Source of the DNA: Candidatus Eiseniibacteriota bacterium
GTDB lineage: Bacteria; Eisenbacteria; RBG-16-71-46
Assembly (NCBI GenBank): GCA_963776245.1
Contig: CAVZLN010000008.1
Coordinates: 256,001 to 320,000 of the forward strand
Reading direction: 5' to 3'
Length of the DNA stretch: 64,000 nt
Below, one piece after another: positions 9,773-20,625 of this stretch. Numbering within the stretch: the first letter of the stretch is position 1; each line of letters opens with the position of its first letter. The translations under genes and the position numbers were made by a program. The notes below the pieces were generated by a model. The model was given only the letters and a program-made list of their open reading frames with translations. It had not been told where the DNA came from and made no database searches.

Positions 9773-10881
9773 GACACGCTCCAGCGCTCGAGCACGCGTT
9801 CGAGCCGCGGCTGCACCCGGTCCCAGGCATAGGCCTCGGCGGTGCGCCGGGCCTCGGCCCCGAGCCGCTCGGCCAGGCCACGCCCGTTCGCGATCCGTGC
9901 CAGGGCGCCGCGGAGCGCCAGCGGGTCCCCGGGCGGCACGAGCAGGCCATTGACGCCATCCACCAGCAGCCCGGGCACCCCCGCGACCGCGCTAGCGACC
10001 ACCGGGCGACCCCATGCCATGGCCTCCAGCAGCACGTTCGGAAGCCCCTCGCCCCGTCGCGCCGCCAGCACCACGCATGAGGCGTCGCGGTAGACCGCGC
10101 CGATCCGGTCGCGCGGGACGAAGCCCTCGAAGCGCACGTCGAGACGGCACTCGCGCGCGCGCGCCTCGAGTCGGGCCCGCTCCGGACCGCTGCCGGCGAT
10201 GGTGAGCCGTCCCGACTCCCCGGCCATCGCGTCGATCAGCACGTCCATCCCCTTGTCCGGGATGAGCCGCCCCACCGAGACCACGCGTCCCTCGGCGGCC
10301 GCGCCGACGCCGGACTGCGATCCCGGCAGATCGAGGCCGTTCGGCACCACCTCGAGGTGGGCGGCGACCGCCGCGCGCGCCGTCGGTGCGCGACGGTCGA
10401 GAGCGTCGAGCAGCGCGCGGCGCCCCTCCTCGGTCTGGACCAGCACGCCGCGCGCCGCGCGCCAGGTGCGCGGGTTCAGCCACGCTTCGACCGAGCGCGC
10501 GCGGAGGTCGTACTCCCCTTCACCGCGGATCCACACCACCGCCGGGATCCCGAGCGCACGTTGCGCGCGCACGCCCGCCCAGCCGCTCACGAACGACTGG
10601 AAGCACAGCATCAGTTGGGGCCGCGGGTCGAGCCCGCGCAGCGTGCGCTCGATGGCGACCGCGTCCCGCCACGTCTTCCACCCCGGCAGGCGCGACAGCG
10701 GCAGGCGCACCACCGCGAAGCCCTCACGGGCCTCGCGACCCGGCGGGGCGGGAGGCTCCTGGCGGGTCACCACCGTCACCCGATGGCGTTCCGAGAGCCG
10801 GCGCGCCCAGCCCTCGGCCTGGTGTTCGGCACCCCCCTGCGGGCCCGGCGGGAACCGCCCGATGAGGATCGCGAGATTCAC
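9769..10881 (-). CDS. glycosyltransferase family 4
   Basis: GTG start overlapping the asnB stop (GTGA); FPPGPQGGAE, VGRLIPDKG and EGLPNVLLEAMAWG. Confidence 0.88.
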   Translation of the reverse strand: MNLAILIGRFPPGPQGGAEHQAEGWARRLSERHRVTVVTRQEPPAPPGREAREGFAVVRLPLSRLPGWKTWRDAVAIERTLRGLDPRPQLMLCFQSFVSGWAGVRAQRALGIPAVVWIRGEGEYDLRARSVEAWLNPRTWRAARGVLVQTEEGRRALLDALDRRAPTARAAVAAHLEVVPNGLDLPGSQSGVGAAAEGRVVSVGRLIPDKGMDVLIDAMAGESGRLTIAGSGPERARLEARARECRLDVRFEGFVPRDRIGAVYRDASCVVLAARRGEGLPNVLLEAMAWGRPVVASAVAGVPGLLVDGVNGLLVPPGDPLALRGALARIANGRGLAERLGAEARRTAEAYAWDRVQPRLERVLERWSVS

Positions 10882-12797
10882 GCCAGGTCCCCCCCGCCCC
10901 AGGCGGGGATGGGCTGCGCGAGCGCCTCGCGCGGCCGGTCGACGTAGGTCTGGGCCCACAGCTCGAGGCAGAGCAGCGCCCAGGTCTGGCGCGTGCGCCG
11001 CTCGTCGCGCGATCCGACGTCGCTCAACTGGCGCTCGATGGCGGCCGGATCGAGCCAGCCGCGCGCGCGCGCGCGGGGGTCGAGCAGGACCTCGCGCGCC
11101 AGCCGGTCGAATCCACCGCCGAACCAGTGCGTGAGGGGCACCCCGAAGCCCTGTTTCGAACGGGCGAGGATGGACGGCGGCAGCAGCCCCTTCAGGCTCT
11201 CGCGCAGGATCCATTTCCCCGTCATGCCGGCGAGCTTGAGATCGAACGGGATACCGGCCGCGAACTCCTGGAGCGGGTAGTCGAGCAGCGGCTCGCGCAC
11301 CTCGAGGCTGTTGAGCATCGAGGTGCGGTCCACCTTCACCATCACGTCGTCGATCATGTAGGTCTGGGCATCGAGCTGGAGCAGCGCCGCGACGTCCCCG
11401 AGCCCCCGCGCGGCGGCCTGATGGATCGTCCGCATCGCCGCGAACGGGTCGTGGGTGCGCAGCTCGCGGCGCAGATCCGCGCCGAGCAGCGCCATCATCT
11501 CGGGCCGTGGGAAGAACGACTCCACGTGCAGGTGCCGGTCCACCACGCTCATCGGCAGCCGCCGCAGCTTGCGGCCGAGCACGTGGTCGGGGTGCAGCGC
11601 CAGCGCCGGACGCGCGGCCAGCCGTCTCAGCACGCGCGGCACCGCGTCGAGCGCGGCGTATTGCCGCGCGAAGGAGTAGGTCGTGTACCCGCCGAAGGTC
11701 TCGTCGCCGCCGTCGCCCGAGAGCGCCACGGTCACGTGGCGGCGAGCCATCTCGGCGAGGTAGAAGCTCGGGATGACGGACGCGTCGGCCAGCGGCTCAT
11801 CCATCTGCCACACCAGCCGCGGCAGCAGCTCGAGCGCGCGCGGACGCACGATCAGCTCGTGGTGGTCGGTGCCGAGATACGTCGCCACGCGGCGGGCGTG
11901 CTCGACCTCGCTGAAGTCCTGTTCCTCGAACCCGATGGTGAAGGTCTTGACCGGCTCCTGCACGATCTGCTGCATCATCGCCACCACCGCGCTCGAATCC
12001 ACGCCCCCCGACAGGAATGCGCCGAGCGGGACGTCCGAGACGAGGCGTACGCGCACCGCCTCGCGGATCAGCCCGAGGAGGCGCTCGCGGTAGTAGTCCA
12101 GCGAGTGCCCGGCGTCCACCTCGGAGGGGAGCGTCCAGTACCGCTCCACCCGCGCGCCGTTCGCGTCGCACACCAGCCGGTGCGCCGGCGGGAGCTTGCG
12201 CACCCCGCGCCAGATCGTGCCGGGCGCCGGGACGTACTGGAACGTCAGGTAGTCGGCGATGGCACGCTCGTCGATCTCGCGCGGGACCGAGGGGTCGAGC
12301 ATCAGGGCCTTGAGCTCCGATGCGAACACCAGCCGCCGGCCGTCGTCGTGGTAGTAGAGCGGCTTCACGCCGAACCGGTCGCGCCCGAGCAGCAGACGGC
12401 GGCGCGGGCGGTCGTAGAGGGCGAACGCGAACATGCCGCGCAGGTGCGTCAGCATGCCGTCCCCGTGCTCCTCGTAGAGGTGCAGCAGCGCCTCGGTGTC
12501 GCTCGAGCCGCGGAAACGATGCCCGCGGGAGCCGAGGATGGTGCGCAGCGCCGGCCAGCCGTAGATCTCGCCGTTGAACGTGACCCACAGGCTCTCGTCC
12601 TCATTGGGCATCGGCTGGTGCCCGCCGGGCGAGAGGTCGACGATCGCGAGACGGCGGTGGGCGAGCGCGACCGGGCCTTCCGACCACGTGCCCTGCCCGT
12701 CGGGACCACGGTGGACCATGCAGTCGCGCTGGCGCTCGAGCAGAGCGAGATCGGGCGTGCCACCGCCATAATGGAAGACGCCATTGATGCCGCACAT
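10878..12797 (-). CDS. asnB: asparagine synthase (glutamine-hydrolysing) family amidotransferase, probably amidating a polysaccharide uronic acid
   Basis: MCGI N-terminal nucleophile, HRGPD, HRRLAIVD, FNGEIY, RDRFGVKPLYY, LSGGVDSS and SGDGGDE. Confidence 0.92.
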   Translation of the reverse strand: MCGINGVFHYGGGTPDLALLERQRDCMVHRGPDGQGTWSEGPVALAHRRLAIVDLSPGGHQPMPNEDESLWVTFNGEIYGWPALRTILGSRGHRFRGSSDTEALLHLYEEHGDGMLTHLRGMFAFALYDRPRRRLLLGRDRFGVKPLYYHDDGRRLVFASELKALMLDPSVPREIDERAIADYLTFQYVPAPGTIWRGVRKLPPAHRLVCDANGARVERYWTLPSEVDAGHSLDYYRERLLGLIREAVRVRLVSDVPLGAFLSGGVDSSAVVAMMQQIVQEPVKTFTIGFEEQDFSEVEHARRVATYLGTDHHELIVRPRALELLPRLVWQMDEPLADASVIPSFYLAEMARRHVTVALSGDGGDETFGGYTTYSFARQYAALDAVPRVLRRLAARPALALHPDHVLGRKLRRLPMSVVDRHLHVESFFPRPEMMALLGADLRRELRTHDPFAAMRTIHQAAARGLGDVAALLQLDAQTYMIDDVMVKVDRTSMLNSLEVREPLLDYPLQEFAAGIPFDLKLAGMTGKWILRESLKGLLPPSILARSKQGFGVPLTHWFGGGFDRLAREVLLDPRARARGWLDPAAIERQLSDVGSRDERRTRQTWALLCLELWAQTYVDRPREALAQPIPAWGGGDLA

Positions 12798-12807
12798 GGC
12801 CGCGCTC

Positions 12808-15360
12808 CTAGTCTCGCGCCGGCGTCGCGCGCGGACGGCGCACCACCAGCGTGCCGACCGGCACGCCGGAGTAGTAGTCATCGTCCGAGAGATAATCGCT
12901 CAACCGCAGGTTAGGATAATGCGGCGTCCGACGCAGGCGCACCTCCACCCGGTAGGTGCCTTCCGCCATGTCGGACGGGACCTGCACCACGAAGGGATCC
13001 CGCACCACCTCGTCGGGGCGCCAGAGGTCCACGCCGTACCGTCCACCGACGGGCAGGTGATCGCCCCGGAAGCGGTAGCGCTCGTGGCGCAGGCGCTCGA
13101 TCAGCTTGCGCGCGGGCTTGTGGATCCAGGCGGGCGGGTGGAATCCGGGCGGCAGGTCGCGCTCGAAGCGGATCCAGACCCGGTACGAGCCGGGCCGCAC
13201 GGGAGCGGACACGTGCCACCAGGCCGCGCCGGCGACCGAGTCCCCGGGGGCGACCGCGGCGCTGGAGAGTTCCCATCCGGCGAGCGCCGGGAGCCCCTCG
13301 CCCATCGGCGTGAGCGCGCCGCCCGCCCGCCACGGGCTCACCATGGGGCGCGGGCGCGGGGGGCCCTCCAGCGTGTCCAGCGCCGCGCGGTGGATGCGAT
13401 AGACCACGAAGTCCCCGGAGTCGTACACCGGCTCGAAGGCGGCCGGGCGGGCGTCGAACCGGGCCCGCGCCTCCCGGAACCAACCGTGGTCCGGCGCCCA
13501 GTAGTCGAGCGGCGGCGGCCGCTCGAAGCGGTCGTTCAGCACGATCACGTCTGCGCCATAGCGCCTCACCACCGCGCGGGTGGTCGCCCAGGTGGCGCAG
13601 GGATCCAACGCGTCCCGCGCGTCGAGGATGCGGCGCAGCGCGAGCGAGTCGTTGGGCGAGGAATGCTGGTCCACCAGCGTGACCACGTAGTGCCCGGTGA
13701 GCATGGGCACCGCGTACGAGGTCGACGGGTCCGAGAGCACGACCCTTCCCGGCGCGAGCCGGGTGCGCATCCAGTCGAACGCATCGCGCCAGCGCCGGGG
13801 GTCCTCGCTCCGTTCGACGGCGATCACGTCCGCCGGGTGGGTGACCGCGTGCACCGCGTCGCGGACCGCGGGGCTCAGCACCGCGAGCGCCAGCGCGAGC
13901 GCGGTGCCGGCGCGCAGCCGCGCGGGGACATCCGCCGCGTGACGCAGCGCGGCGAGCAGCTCCGGCAGCAGCCACGCCACCAGGCCCGCCAGCGGCACCA
14001 GCCAGATCATCCGCATCAGCAGGTAGCCGAGCCGTGGCTCCAGCAGCGCCACCGCGAGCGGGTCGTACATCACCAGCGCCACGGCGACGGACGAGGTGAG
14101 CAGGTAGAGCACCGCCGGGTTCCCCCGCCCGCGCGACCAGAGCCAGGGCCACGATGCCGGGACGAGCACCCACGCGAGCCCGAGGTGGGCCCACAGCTCC
14201 GAGAGCCCGACGGTGCGCAGCCCGTCCGTGAGCAGCAGCAGCCCCTGGGACTCGGTGTGGATCGGGTTGGTGGGCGCATACGCCTGGCGGGCCCGGAAGG
14301 CGAGGTAAGGTGCGCAGGCGATGCCGATGAGCACCAGGGTCCCCGCGAGCCGCCGGGCCTCGGGGCCGAACCGGCGATCGCGCACGAGCAGGCCGAGGCC
14401 GAGCGCGCCGAACACGATCGCGAACTGGATGGCCGTGAAGACGTGGGTGGCGACCGCCGCGAACGCGAGCGCCGCCGCCGCGAAGCGGATGGCGCGCGCG
14501 GGCGTGCGCAGGTCGGCCAGCACCGCGACGATGGCCGCGAGGGCGAGATGATCGCCGAGCCGCGAGGCGTAGCCGCCGAGCCGGATCGGGCTCTGCATCA
14601 TGCCGCCGCCGTAGGTGAGCACCAGCGCCCAGGCGGCGAGGGCGGCCCCCGCCGATCCGCGCACCAGCACGCCGAGTGCCGCCGCCTGGAGCACGAACAG
14701 CGGTGCGATCAGGGCCGGCAGCCAGGCCCAGGCCTCCACGGGGTCGAGCGCGGCGAGCCGGCACAGCAGCGCGACGATCCCGTGCCACAGGCCCTTGCGC
14801 GGGTCCGCCCCCAGGCTTCCCGCGTCGCGGAAGAAGGCGTCGGCCGGAAAGAGATCCCCGGTCATGAGCATGCGCCGCAGCGTGCCGACATGGTCGGGGC
14901 CATCGCTCGACAGTCCCATCGGCGGTCCCAGCCGCGCGGAATGCCAGGCGGCCAGGGCTGCCGCCAGCACCACCGCGAGCGCGGCCGCTCGCGCCATACC
15001 GGGCCAAGGGCCCGGCGTGCCGCGCGACCCGCGCGCGGCCACCCACAGCCACGGGGCGGCCGCGGCCGCCGGGACCCACGGCAGGAGCGTCAGGAACGAC
15101 AGCCCCGCAAGGCGCGTCCCCCACACCAGCGCGGCGCACCACGCCACGCCGAGGCCGAACGCCCACCCCGGCGCGGTCCACCCACCGCCCGGCGGGCGCG
15201 CGCCGAGCGCCACGAAGGCCGCGCCGGGAGCCAGCAGGAGCACCGCGAACGCGAGCGCGAGCCGCGCCGGTCCGGGCAGCGCGCCGCAGGCGCCGCCGGC
15301 CAGTGCCTGCGCCAGGGCCGCGACGCACGCGGCGACGGCGAGCGCCCGCACGCGCGTCAT
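12808..15360 (-). CDS. large polytopic membrane protein (~850 aa) with soluble C-terminal domain; possible GT-C-fold glycosyltransferase
   Basis: ATG at 15360 overlaps the upstream GT2 stop. Many hydrophobic segments, an SSDGPDH loop after the first helices, and a hydrophilic C-terminal region. Function is inferred. Confidence 0.6.
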   Translation of the reverse strand: MTRVRALAVAACVAALAQALAGGACGALPGPARLALAFAVLLLAPGAAFVALGARPPGGGWTAPGWAFGLGVAWCAALVWGTRLAGLSFLTLLPWVPAAAAAPWLWVAARGSRGTPGPWPGMARAAALAVVLAAALAAWHSARLGPPMGLSSDGPDHVGTLRRMLMTGDLFPADAFFRDAGSLGADPRKGLWHGIVALLCRLAALDPVEAWAWLPALIAPLFVLQAAALGVLVRGSAGAALAAWALVLTYGGGMMQSPIRLGGYASRLGDHLALAAIVAVLADLRTPARAIRFAAAALAFAAVATHVFTAIQFAIVFGALGLGLLVRDRRFGPEARRLAGTLVLIGIACAPYLAFRARQAYAPTNPIHTESQGLLLLTDGLRTVGLSELWAHLGLAWVLVPASWPWLWSRGRGNPAVLYLLTSSVAVALVMYDPLAVALLEPRLGYLLMRMIWLVPLAGLVAWLLPELLAALRHAADVPARLRAGTALALALAVLSPAVRDAVHAVTHPADVIAVERSEDPRRWRDAFDWMRTRLAPGRVVLSDPSTSYAVPMLTGHYVVTLVDQHSSPNDSLALRRILDARDALDPCATWATTRAVVRRYGADVIVLNDRFERPPPLDYWAPDHGWFREARARFDARPAAFEPVYDSGDFVVYRIHRAALDTLEGPPRPRPMVSPWRAGGALTPMGEGLPALAGWELSSAAVAPGDSVAGAAWWHVSAPVRPGSYRVWIRFERDLPPGFHPPAWIHKPARKLIERLRHERYRFRGDHLPVGGRYGVDLWRPDEVVRDPFVVQVPSDMAEGTYRVEVRLRRTPHYPNLRLSDYLSDDDYYSGVPVGTLVVRRPRATPARD

Positions 15361-16337
15361 CGAGCCGCCTCGGGGTCGGCGGCCAGTCGCCGGGTCAGCA
15401 GCCGCGTCACGTGGCCGATCAGCCCGGCGACATGCGCCGCGCGGCGCCGGCGCCGCGGCGCGAACGGGGCGAGCGCCGCGTTCTTCAGGAGCGTCAGCGC
15501 CAGGCTCAGGATGAGGCTCAGCTTGAACAGGAACGCGAGAGGAGGCGTGAAGGAGAGGTCCCAGAAGTAACAGGCCGACTCGAGGTTCGCGGCGGGCATG
15601 GACTCGCCCTCGAAGATGCGGCTCTGCCCGCCGAGATGCGTGACCTGGGCTCGCGGCTCGTACGCGAGGCGCAGGCCGGCCCGGCGGGCGCGCAGGCTCC
15701 ACTCCACGTCGTCGTAATTGAGCACCAGCCGCCGATCGAGCAGACCCACGCGCTCGAGCGCTTGGCGACGGAACAGCACGCATGCCCCCGACAGCACCTC
15801 GGTCTCGTGCGGTCCCCCATACCACGCGCGGGGGTGGGCGCCGCTCACCCACCCGAGCAGCGCCGGGATGCGCGCCGGGATCGGGGTGTGGCCCAGCAAC
15901 GTGGGCAGCACGCCGGGCGCCCGGCGCGCGCACACGAACTGGGTGGTCCCGTCGGCGTTGAGCAGCCGCGGGCCCGCCGCCGCGAGCCCCGGATCCCCCT
16001 CGAGCCGCCGCGCCAGTTCGCCGAGCGCGTCCCCGATCAGGAACGCGTCGGAGTTGAGCGCCAGGACGTGGCGGCCGCGCGCCGCGCGCAGCCCCTGGTT
16101 GCAGGCGGGAGCGTAGCCCCGGTTCTCCGGATTGCGGACCAGTGTCACCGCGGGCCAGCGCTCCGCGACCCACTCGGCCGAGCCGTCGGACGACGCGTTG
16201 TCGATGACCAGCACCTCGCGCGACAACTCCGGGCTGCTGGCGAACGCGGCCTCCAGACAGCGGTCGAGCATCCGGCGCGTGTTCCAGCTCACGATCACGA
16301 TGGAGACGTACGGTGCGGCGGCCGGGAGGTCAGACAT
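15357..16337 (-). CDS. glycosyltransferase family 2 (WbbL/rhamnosyltransferase-like)
   Basis: SIVIVSWNT, IDNASSDGS, NRGYAPACNQG, LNSD, SGACVL and YDDVEWSLR. Confidence 0.88.
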   Translation of the reverse strand: MSDLPAAAPYVSIVIVSWNTRRMLDRCLEAAFASSPELSREVLVIDNASSDGSAEWVAERWPAVTLVRNPENRGYAPACNQGLRAARGRHVLALNSDAFLIGDALGELARRLEGDPGLAAAGPRLLNADGTTQFVCARRAPGVLPTLLGHTPIPARIPALLGWVSGAHPRAWYGGPHETEVLSGACVLFRRQALERVGLLDRRLVLNYDDVEWSLRARRAGLRLAYEPRAQVTHLGGQSRIFEGESMPAANLESACYFWDLSFTPPLAFLFKLSLILSLALTLLKNAALAPFAPRRRRRAAHVAGLIGHVTRLLTRRLAADPEAAR

Positions 16338-17814
16338 CCTGGCCCTCCTGCCCCGGCACGCTCGCGGTGCGCAGGCGCGCGCGCACCGCCGCCTTGATCT
16401 GCGCGATCTCCAGCGGGGTGATCGAGGTGGCCGCCCACAGCAGCGCGATGCCCGCGCCGACCAGGCGCCAGCGCCAGTCCGGGAAGGGCAGCGCGGCCAC
16501 CGCGATCACGGCGGCGAACGAGGTGGCCAGCAGGCGCAGGTTGTCGCGCGTGAAGCGGAATCCGTTCACGCGGCGCAGGTAGATCACGTGCATGCCCAGG
16601 TGCACGCTCCACGACACGGTGTGGCCCCACACCGCGCCCCACAGGCGCTGCTCGGCGGGCACGCCGAAGAAGATGGCGGCGAAGGTGCCGTAGTGGATCA
16701 GCGACATGATGTTGCGGGCCCGGTGACGCTCCTGGGGCAGCAGCGGCAGCTGGATGGCGAAGGAGACCGCCTTGACGAGATCGCCCACCAGTTGGACCGG
16801 GAACAGCGGCAGGGCGTCCAGGAACCGGCTCGAGAACAGCAGGTGGATGACCACGTCGCGGGACAGCAGGATGGCCAGGATGCCCGCCGCCGAGAACAGC
16901 ACGGCGACGCGCGTGGCGTTATTGACCTCCTGATTGATGGCCGCGACCTCGCGCAACTGGCTGATGCGGGGGAAGGAGTACGCGGTCATCGCATTGAGCG
17001 GGATGGCGAGGTACTGCATGGAGATCGCGAACAGCGCCTGGAAGATGCCATTGCGGGTCAGACCGCAGTCGTGGACGATCTGCGCCCGCAGGACGAACGG
17101 GAAGGCCATCGTGAGGACGAACGGGACGAAGTTGGCCGCGCCGAATCGCCACAGGCTGGTGACGACCGTGCGGTCGAAGGGCGCCCGCGCGATCGCCTGC
17201 CGCATCTCGCGGTCCATCGTCCGATCGGCCGTCCAGCGCGCCACGGCCCAGCCGAGCACGGCGAACACCAGCAGGTGGATCGAGGCGCCCTTGAGCCTCC
17301 AGATCAGCACCAGCGGCGCCAGCACCGCGAGTCCGCCGATCGAGGTGATCATGATGGCGCGCGAGTAGGAGCGGATCTCGAGTCCGGCCTGCACGAACAT
17401 GAGCCAGGTCTGCGACTGCACCAGGAACGGGATGCCGAGGACCGGCGCCACCAGCATCACCATGTAGATCGGATCGCCCGTCGCCCACACCGTCAGCGGC
17501 TTGAGCCAGACCAGGCACAGCGCGGTGGCGATCAGCGAGAGCCAGAGGAAGAGCCGCGCCGCGGTCGCGACGAACGAGACCAGCCGCTCGCGGTCCTCCT
17601 TGCGGTAGAGCGCGACGTAACGAAGCGCCCCGGTCTGCAGTCCCAGAGGCACCACTCCGGCAGCGAGGCTCTGCAGCCCGAAGAGCTGGGCGAACAGCCC
17701 GATCCCGGTGGGACCGAGCACCTCCGCGAGGAGCTTGTTGCGCAGCACGGCGACGGCGGTGTTGGCGATGGTCGAGGTGCCGATCAGGAACACCGAACGG
17801 AGCAGGGCTCTCAT
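16330..17814 (-). CDS. wzx: O-antigen/oligosaccharide flippase (Wzx, WzxE-like)
   Basis: About 494 aa with ~12-14 TM segments; RNKLLAEVLGPTGIG N-terminus and GDLVKAVS. ATGA overlap with the upstream gene. Confidence 0.75.
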   Translation of the reverse strand: MRALLRSVFLIGTSTIANTAVAVLRNKLLAEVLGPTGIGLFAQLFGLQSLAAGVVPLGLQTGALRYVALYRKEDRERLVSFVATAARLFLWLSLIATALCLVWLKPLTVWATGDPIYMVMLVAPVLGIPFLVQSQTWLMFVQAGLEIRSYSRAIMITSIGGLAVLAPLVLIWRLKGASIHLLVFAVLGWAVARWTADRTMDREMRQAIARAPFDRTVVTSLWRFGAANFVPFVLTMAFPFVLRAQIVHDCGLTRNGIFQALFAISMQYLAIPLNAMTAYSFPRISQLREVAAINQEVNNATRVAVLFSAAGILAILLSRDVVIHLLFSSRFLDALPLFPVQLVGDLVKAVSFAIQLPLLPQERHRARNIMSLIHYGTFAAIFFGVPAEQRLWGAVWGHTVSWSVHLGMHVIYLRRVNGFRFTRDNLRLLATSFAAVIAVAALPFPDWRWRLVGAGIALLWAATSITPLEIAQIKAAVRARLRTASVPGQEGQDV

Positions 17815-19287
17815 GCGCGCGCCCCTCCGGCCGCCCACGCGCGCGCCAGCGCGCCGATGCCGAGCCCGCGCGCGAACCACCACAGGACCGGCGCGTACAC
17901 CAGCGCCACGGCGGCGGTGCGCAGCCACGCGGCGCCCGCGGATGACGGCGGACCGACCGCGCACACCGCGAATGCCGCCGCCCCCGCCCACGCCGCGGGC
18001 AGGAAGCTCGCGATCGCGAACGTCAGACGCTCGACCGGCCCGCTCCGCAGGTCGCGCGCCGCGAGCGCCACCAGCGTGATCGCGAACGCCGCCGTAGCCG
18101 AGGCACGCCGCCCCCGCCACCGCGGCCGGGACGCGGAGCGCGCGCGGCGACACCGAACACCATCATCGCGGTGAGCGCGGCGCACGCCGCCGAGGCGCGC
18201 GAACAGGGTCCACGTGCGGCCGCTGCCGAGCAGCCAGTAGCCCGGCAGGGTGGCGGCCGACAGCAGGAGCGCGCCGAACGCGAGCAGGCGCAGGGCGTCG
18301 ATGCCTCCGCCGTAGCGCGGCAGCCACCACAGCACCGCGCGGCCCCGCCCACACCATGCCGATGCGCGACCGCGAGCGGGAGCAGCAGCGTGAGGACGCG
18401 CTGCGTGCGGGTCACTTCGTCGCGGGTGCGCTCGAGGTCGCGCGCGCCGCCGGCCGCCGCCGCGATGCGCGGGTAGAGCACCGCGGCGACGGACTCGGGC
18501 GGGTAGAGCACCAGGCCCGCGGCGGTGAGCCCGAGACTGTAGAGGCCGAGGGACTCGGGGTGGCCGGCGTGGACGAGCGCGATCCGGTCCACCGATCGCA
18601 GCGCCAGCGAGGCGAGGAAGGTGCCGAACACCGGCAGTCCGGCCCACGCCAGCGCGAGCCCGTCGCGCGCGTCGCCGAACGCGAGCGGCACGTCGCGTGC
18701 GACGAGACGCAGCGCGCGAGCGCCACCAGCGTGCCGACGCAGCCATCCGCCGGCCAGCGCCCACAGACCGAAGCGCGCCACCAGCGCCAGCCCCAGGCCA
18801 CCACCGAGCAGCGCCTGCAGCGCGGTGGCCTCGCTCACCGGCGGAACACGCCGCGCGCCCGGAGCGCGGTGGCGTGCAGCTGGAACGCGAGCTGGGCCGC
18901 GGCCGCGGCGAGCAGGAGCATCGCGGGACCCGGCCCGGCGACCGCGGTGAGCAGCGGCGTGCCCGCCACCAGCGCGGCGCCGACGGCGAGCGCGAACAGC
19001 GCGAACGCCGCCGCGATCACGGACCACGCGCCGCCGAGCAGGCGCCGCGCCGCGGCGCGGTCGCCCTGGCCCTCGGCCACCGGCAGGCGCAGCTCGAGGC
19101 CCTGCAGCGCGCCGGCCGAGGCGTAGCCGCCGTAGTCGAGCACCAGGCTGAGCGCGTTCCACGCCCCGAAGCCGGCGGGCCCGAGCACCACCGCCGCCAC
19201 CAGCCCGCGCGCCAGCATCACCGCTCGCGCCACGTAGGTGGCGAGGGCGAGGCCGACCGAGTCGCGGATCAGGGTGCGGGGGGACAC
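17811..19287 (-). CDS. second polysaccharide flippase (MOP superfamily), broken by several frameshifts
   Basis: Coding pieces switch frame: RGLVAAVVLGPAGFG (19287-~18840), SVDRIAL..LGLYSLG..LYPRIA (~18840-18365), LPRYGGGIDALRLLAFG (~18340-18195), ending at TGA 17811. At least 4 shifts. Confidence 0.65.
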
Positions 19288-19314
19288 GGGTGCGCGCCTC
19301 TCCTACGCCGGGGC

Positions 19315-19344
19315 TTGGAGCGGGACGGGCCGCTCCTCTAGAAT
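19315..19344 (+). promoter_or_regulatory. putative sigma70 promoter TTGGAG-N18-TAGAAT, leaderless, for the DegT gene
   Basis: TAGAAT at 19339-19344 ends 6 nt before the ATG at 19351; no SD sequence in between. Confidence 0.5.
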
Positions 19345-19350
19345 GAGCGG

Positions 19351-20596
19351 ATGCACGCGCCCCCGCCCCCACCCCGCGATCTCGCCACCCCGCCCGTGCA
19401 TCCCGAGCGGCTCGCCTCGCTGGGCGGCCGCCCGGTGCGCGACACGTTCCTGCCGCTGGCGATGCCGTGGATCGGCGAGCGCGAGAAGGCGCTCGTGCTC
19501 GAGACGCTCGAATCCGGCTGGATCACCACCGGCCCGAAGGCGCAGGCCCTCGGCGAGCGCATCGCGGCGCTCGCGGGCGCGAAGCACGGGCTGGCGGTGA
19601 ACTCCGCCACCGGCGCGCTCCATCTCGCGCTCGCCGCACTCGGCGTGGGCCGGGGCGACGAGGTCATCACGTCGGCCTACACCTTCGCCGCCTGCGTCAA
19701 CGTCATCGAGCATGTCGGCGCCACGCCGGTGCTGGTGGACGTCGAGCCCGACACGCTGTGCCTCGACCCGCGCGCCGTCGAGCGCGCGCTCACCCCGCGC
19801 ACGCGGGCCGTCATGCCGGTGGACTACGCCGGGCACCCGTGCGATTACGGGGCGCTCCTGCCGCTGTGCCGCGCCCACGGCGTGCACGTGGTCGAGGACG
19901 CCGCTCACGCCCTCGGCGCCGCGTGGCGCGGGCGCGCCGGTCGGCTCGTTCGCCGACGTCACCGCGTTCTCGTTCTACGCGACCAAGAACCTCACCACCG
20001 GCGAGGGGGGCGCCGCGGTCACCGCGGACGACGCCCTCGCCGAGCGCATGGCGCTGCTCTCGCTGCACGGCATGAGCCGGGACGCCTGGAAGCGCTACGG
20101 CGACACCGGGTCGTGGTACTACGAGGTGACCGCGCCGGGATTCAAGTACAACTTCAGCGACGTGCTCGCGGCGCTGGGGCTCGGCCAGCTCGAGCGCTTC
20201 GAAGGGTTCCAGCGCCGCCGCGCGGAGATCGTGGCGCGCTACGACGCCGGGCTCGCCGGGGTGGCCGGGGTCCGCACCATGCGGGCCCGCCCGGACGTCA
20301 CGCACGCCCGCCATCTCTATCCGATCGCGCTCGAGCTCGAACGGCTCACCCTCGATCGCGCGGCATTCATCCGCGAACTGCGGGCCGAGAACATCGGCAC
20401 CTCGGTGCACTTCATCCCCATCCACTTCCACCCGCACTTCGCCCGCACGCTCGGCCGCCGCGAAGGGGATTTCCCGGTCGCCGAGGACGCCTACCGCCGG
20501 GCCGTGACGCTGCCGCTGTTCCCGCGCATGAGCGACCGCGACGCCGACGACGTCGTCGCGGCCGTGATCAAGGTCGCCGCGCACTTCGCCCGCTGA
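19351..20596 (+). CDS. DegT/DnrJ/EryC1/StrS PLP-dependent sugar aminotransferase; one +1 frameshift near 19936
   Basis: SGWITTGP, NSATGALH and EDAAHALG in one frame; FSFYATKNLTTGEGG (PLP lysine) and GFKYN in the next. Removing one base restores GR-PVGSF. Confidence 0.88.
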
Positions 20597-20625
20597 CGCG
20601 GCGGGCGCGAGCGGTCCGCCTGGAT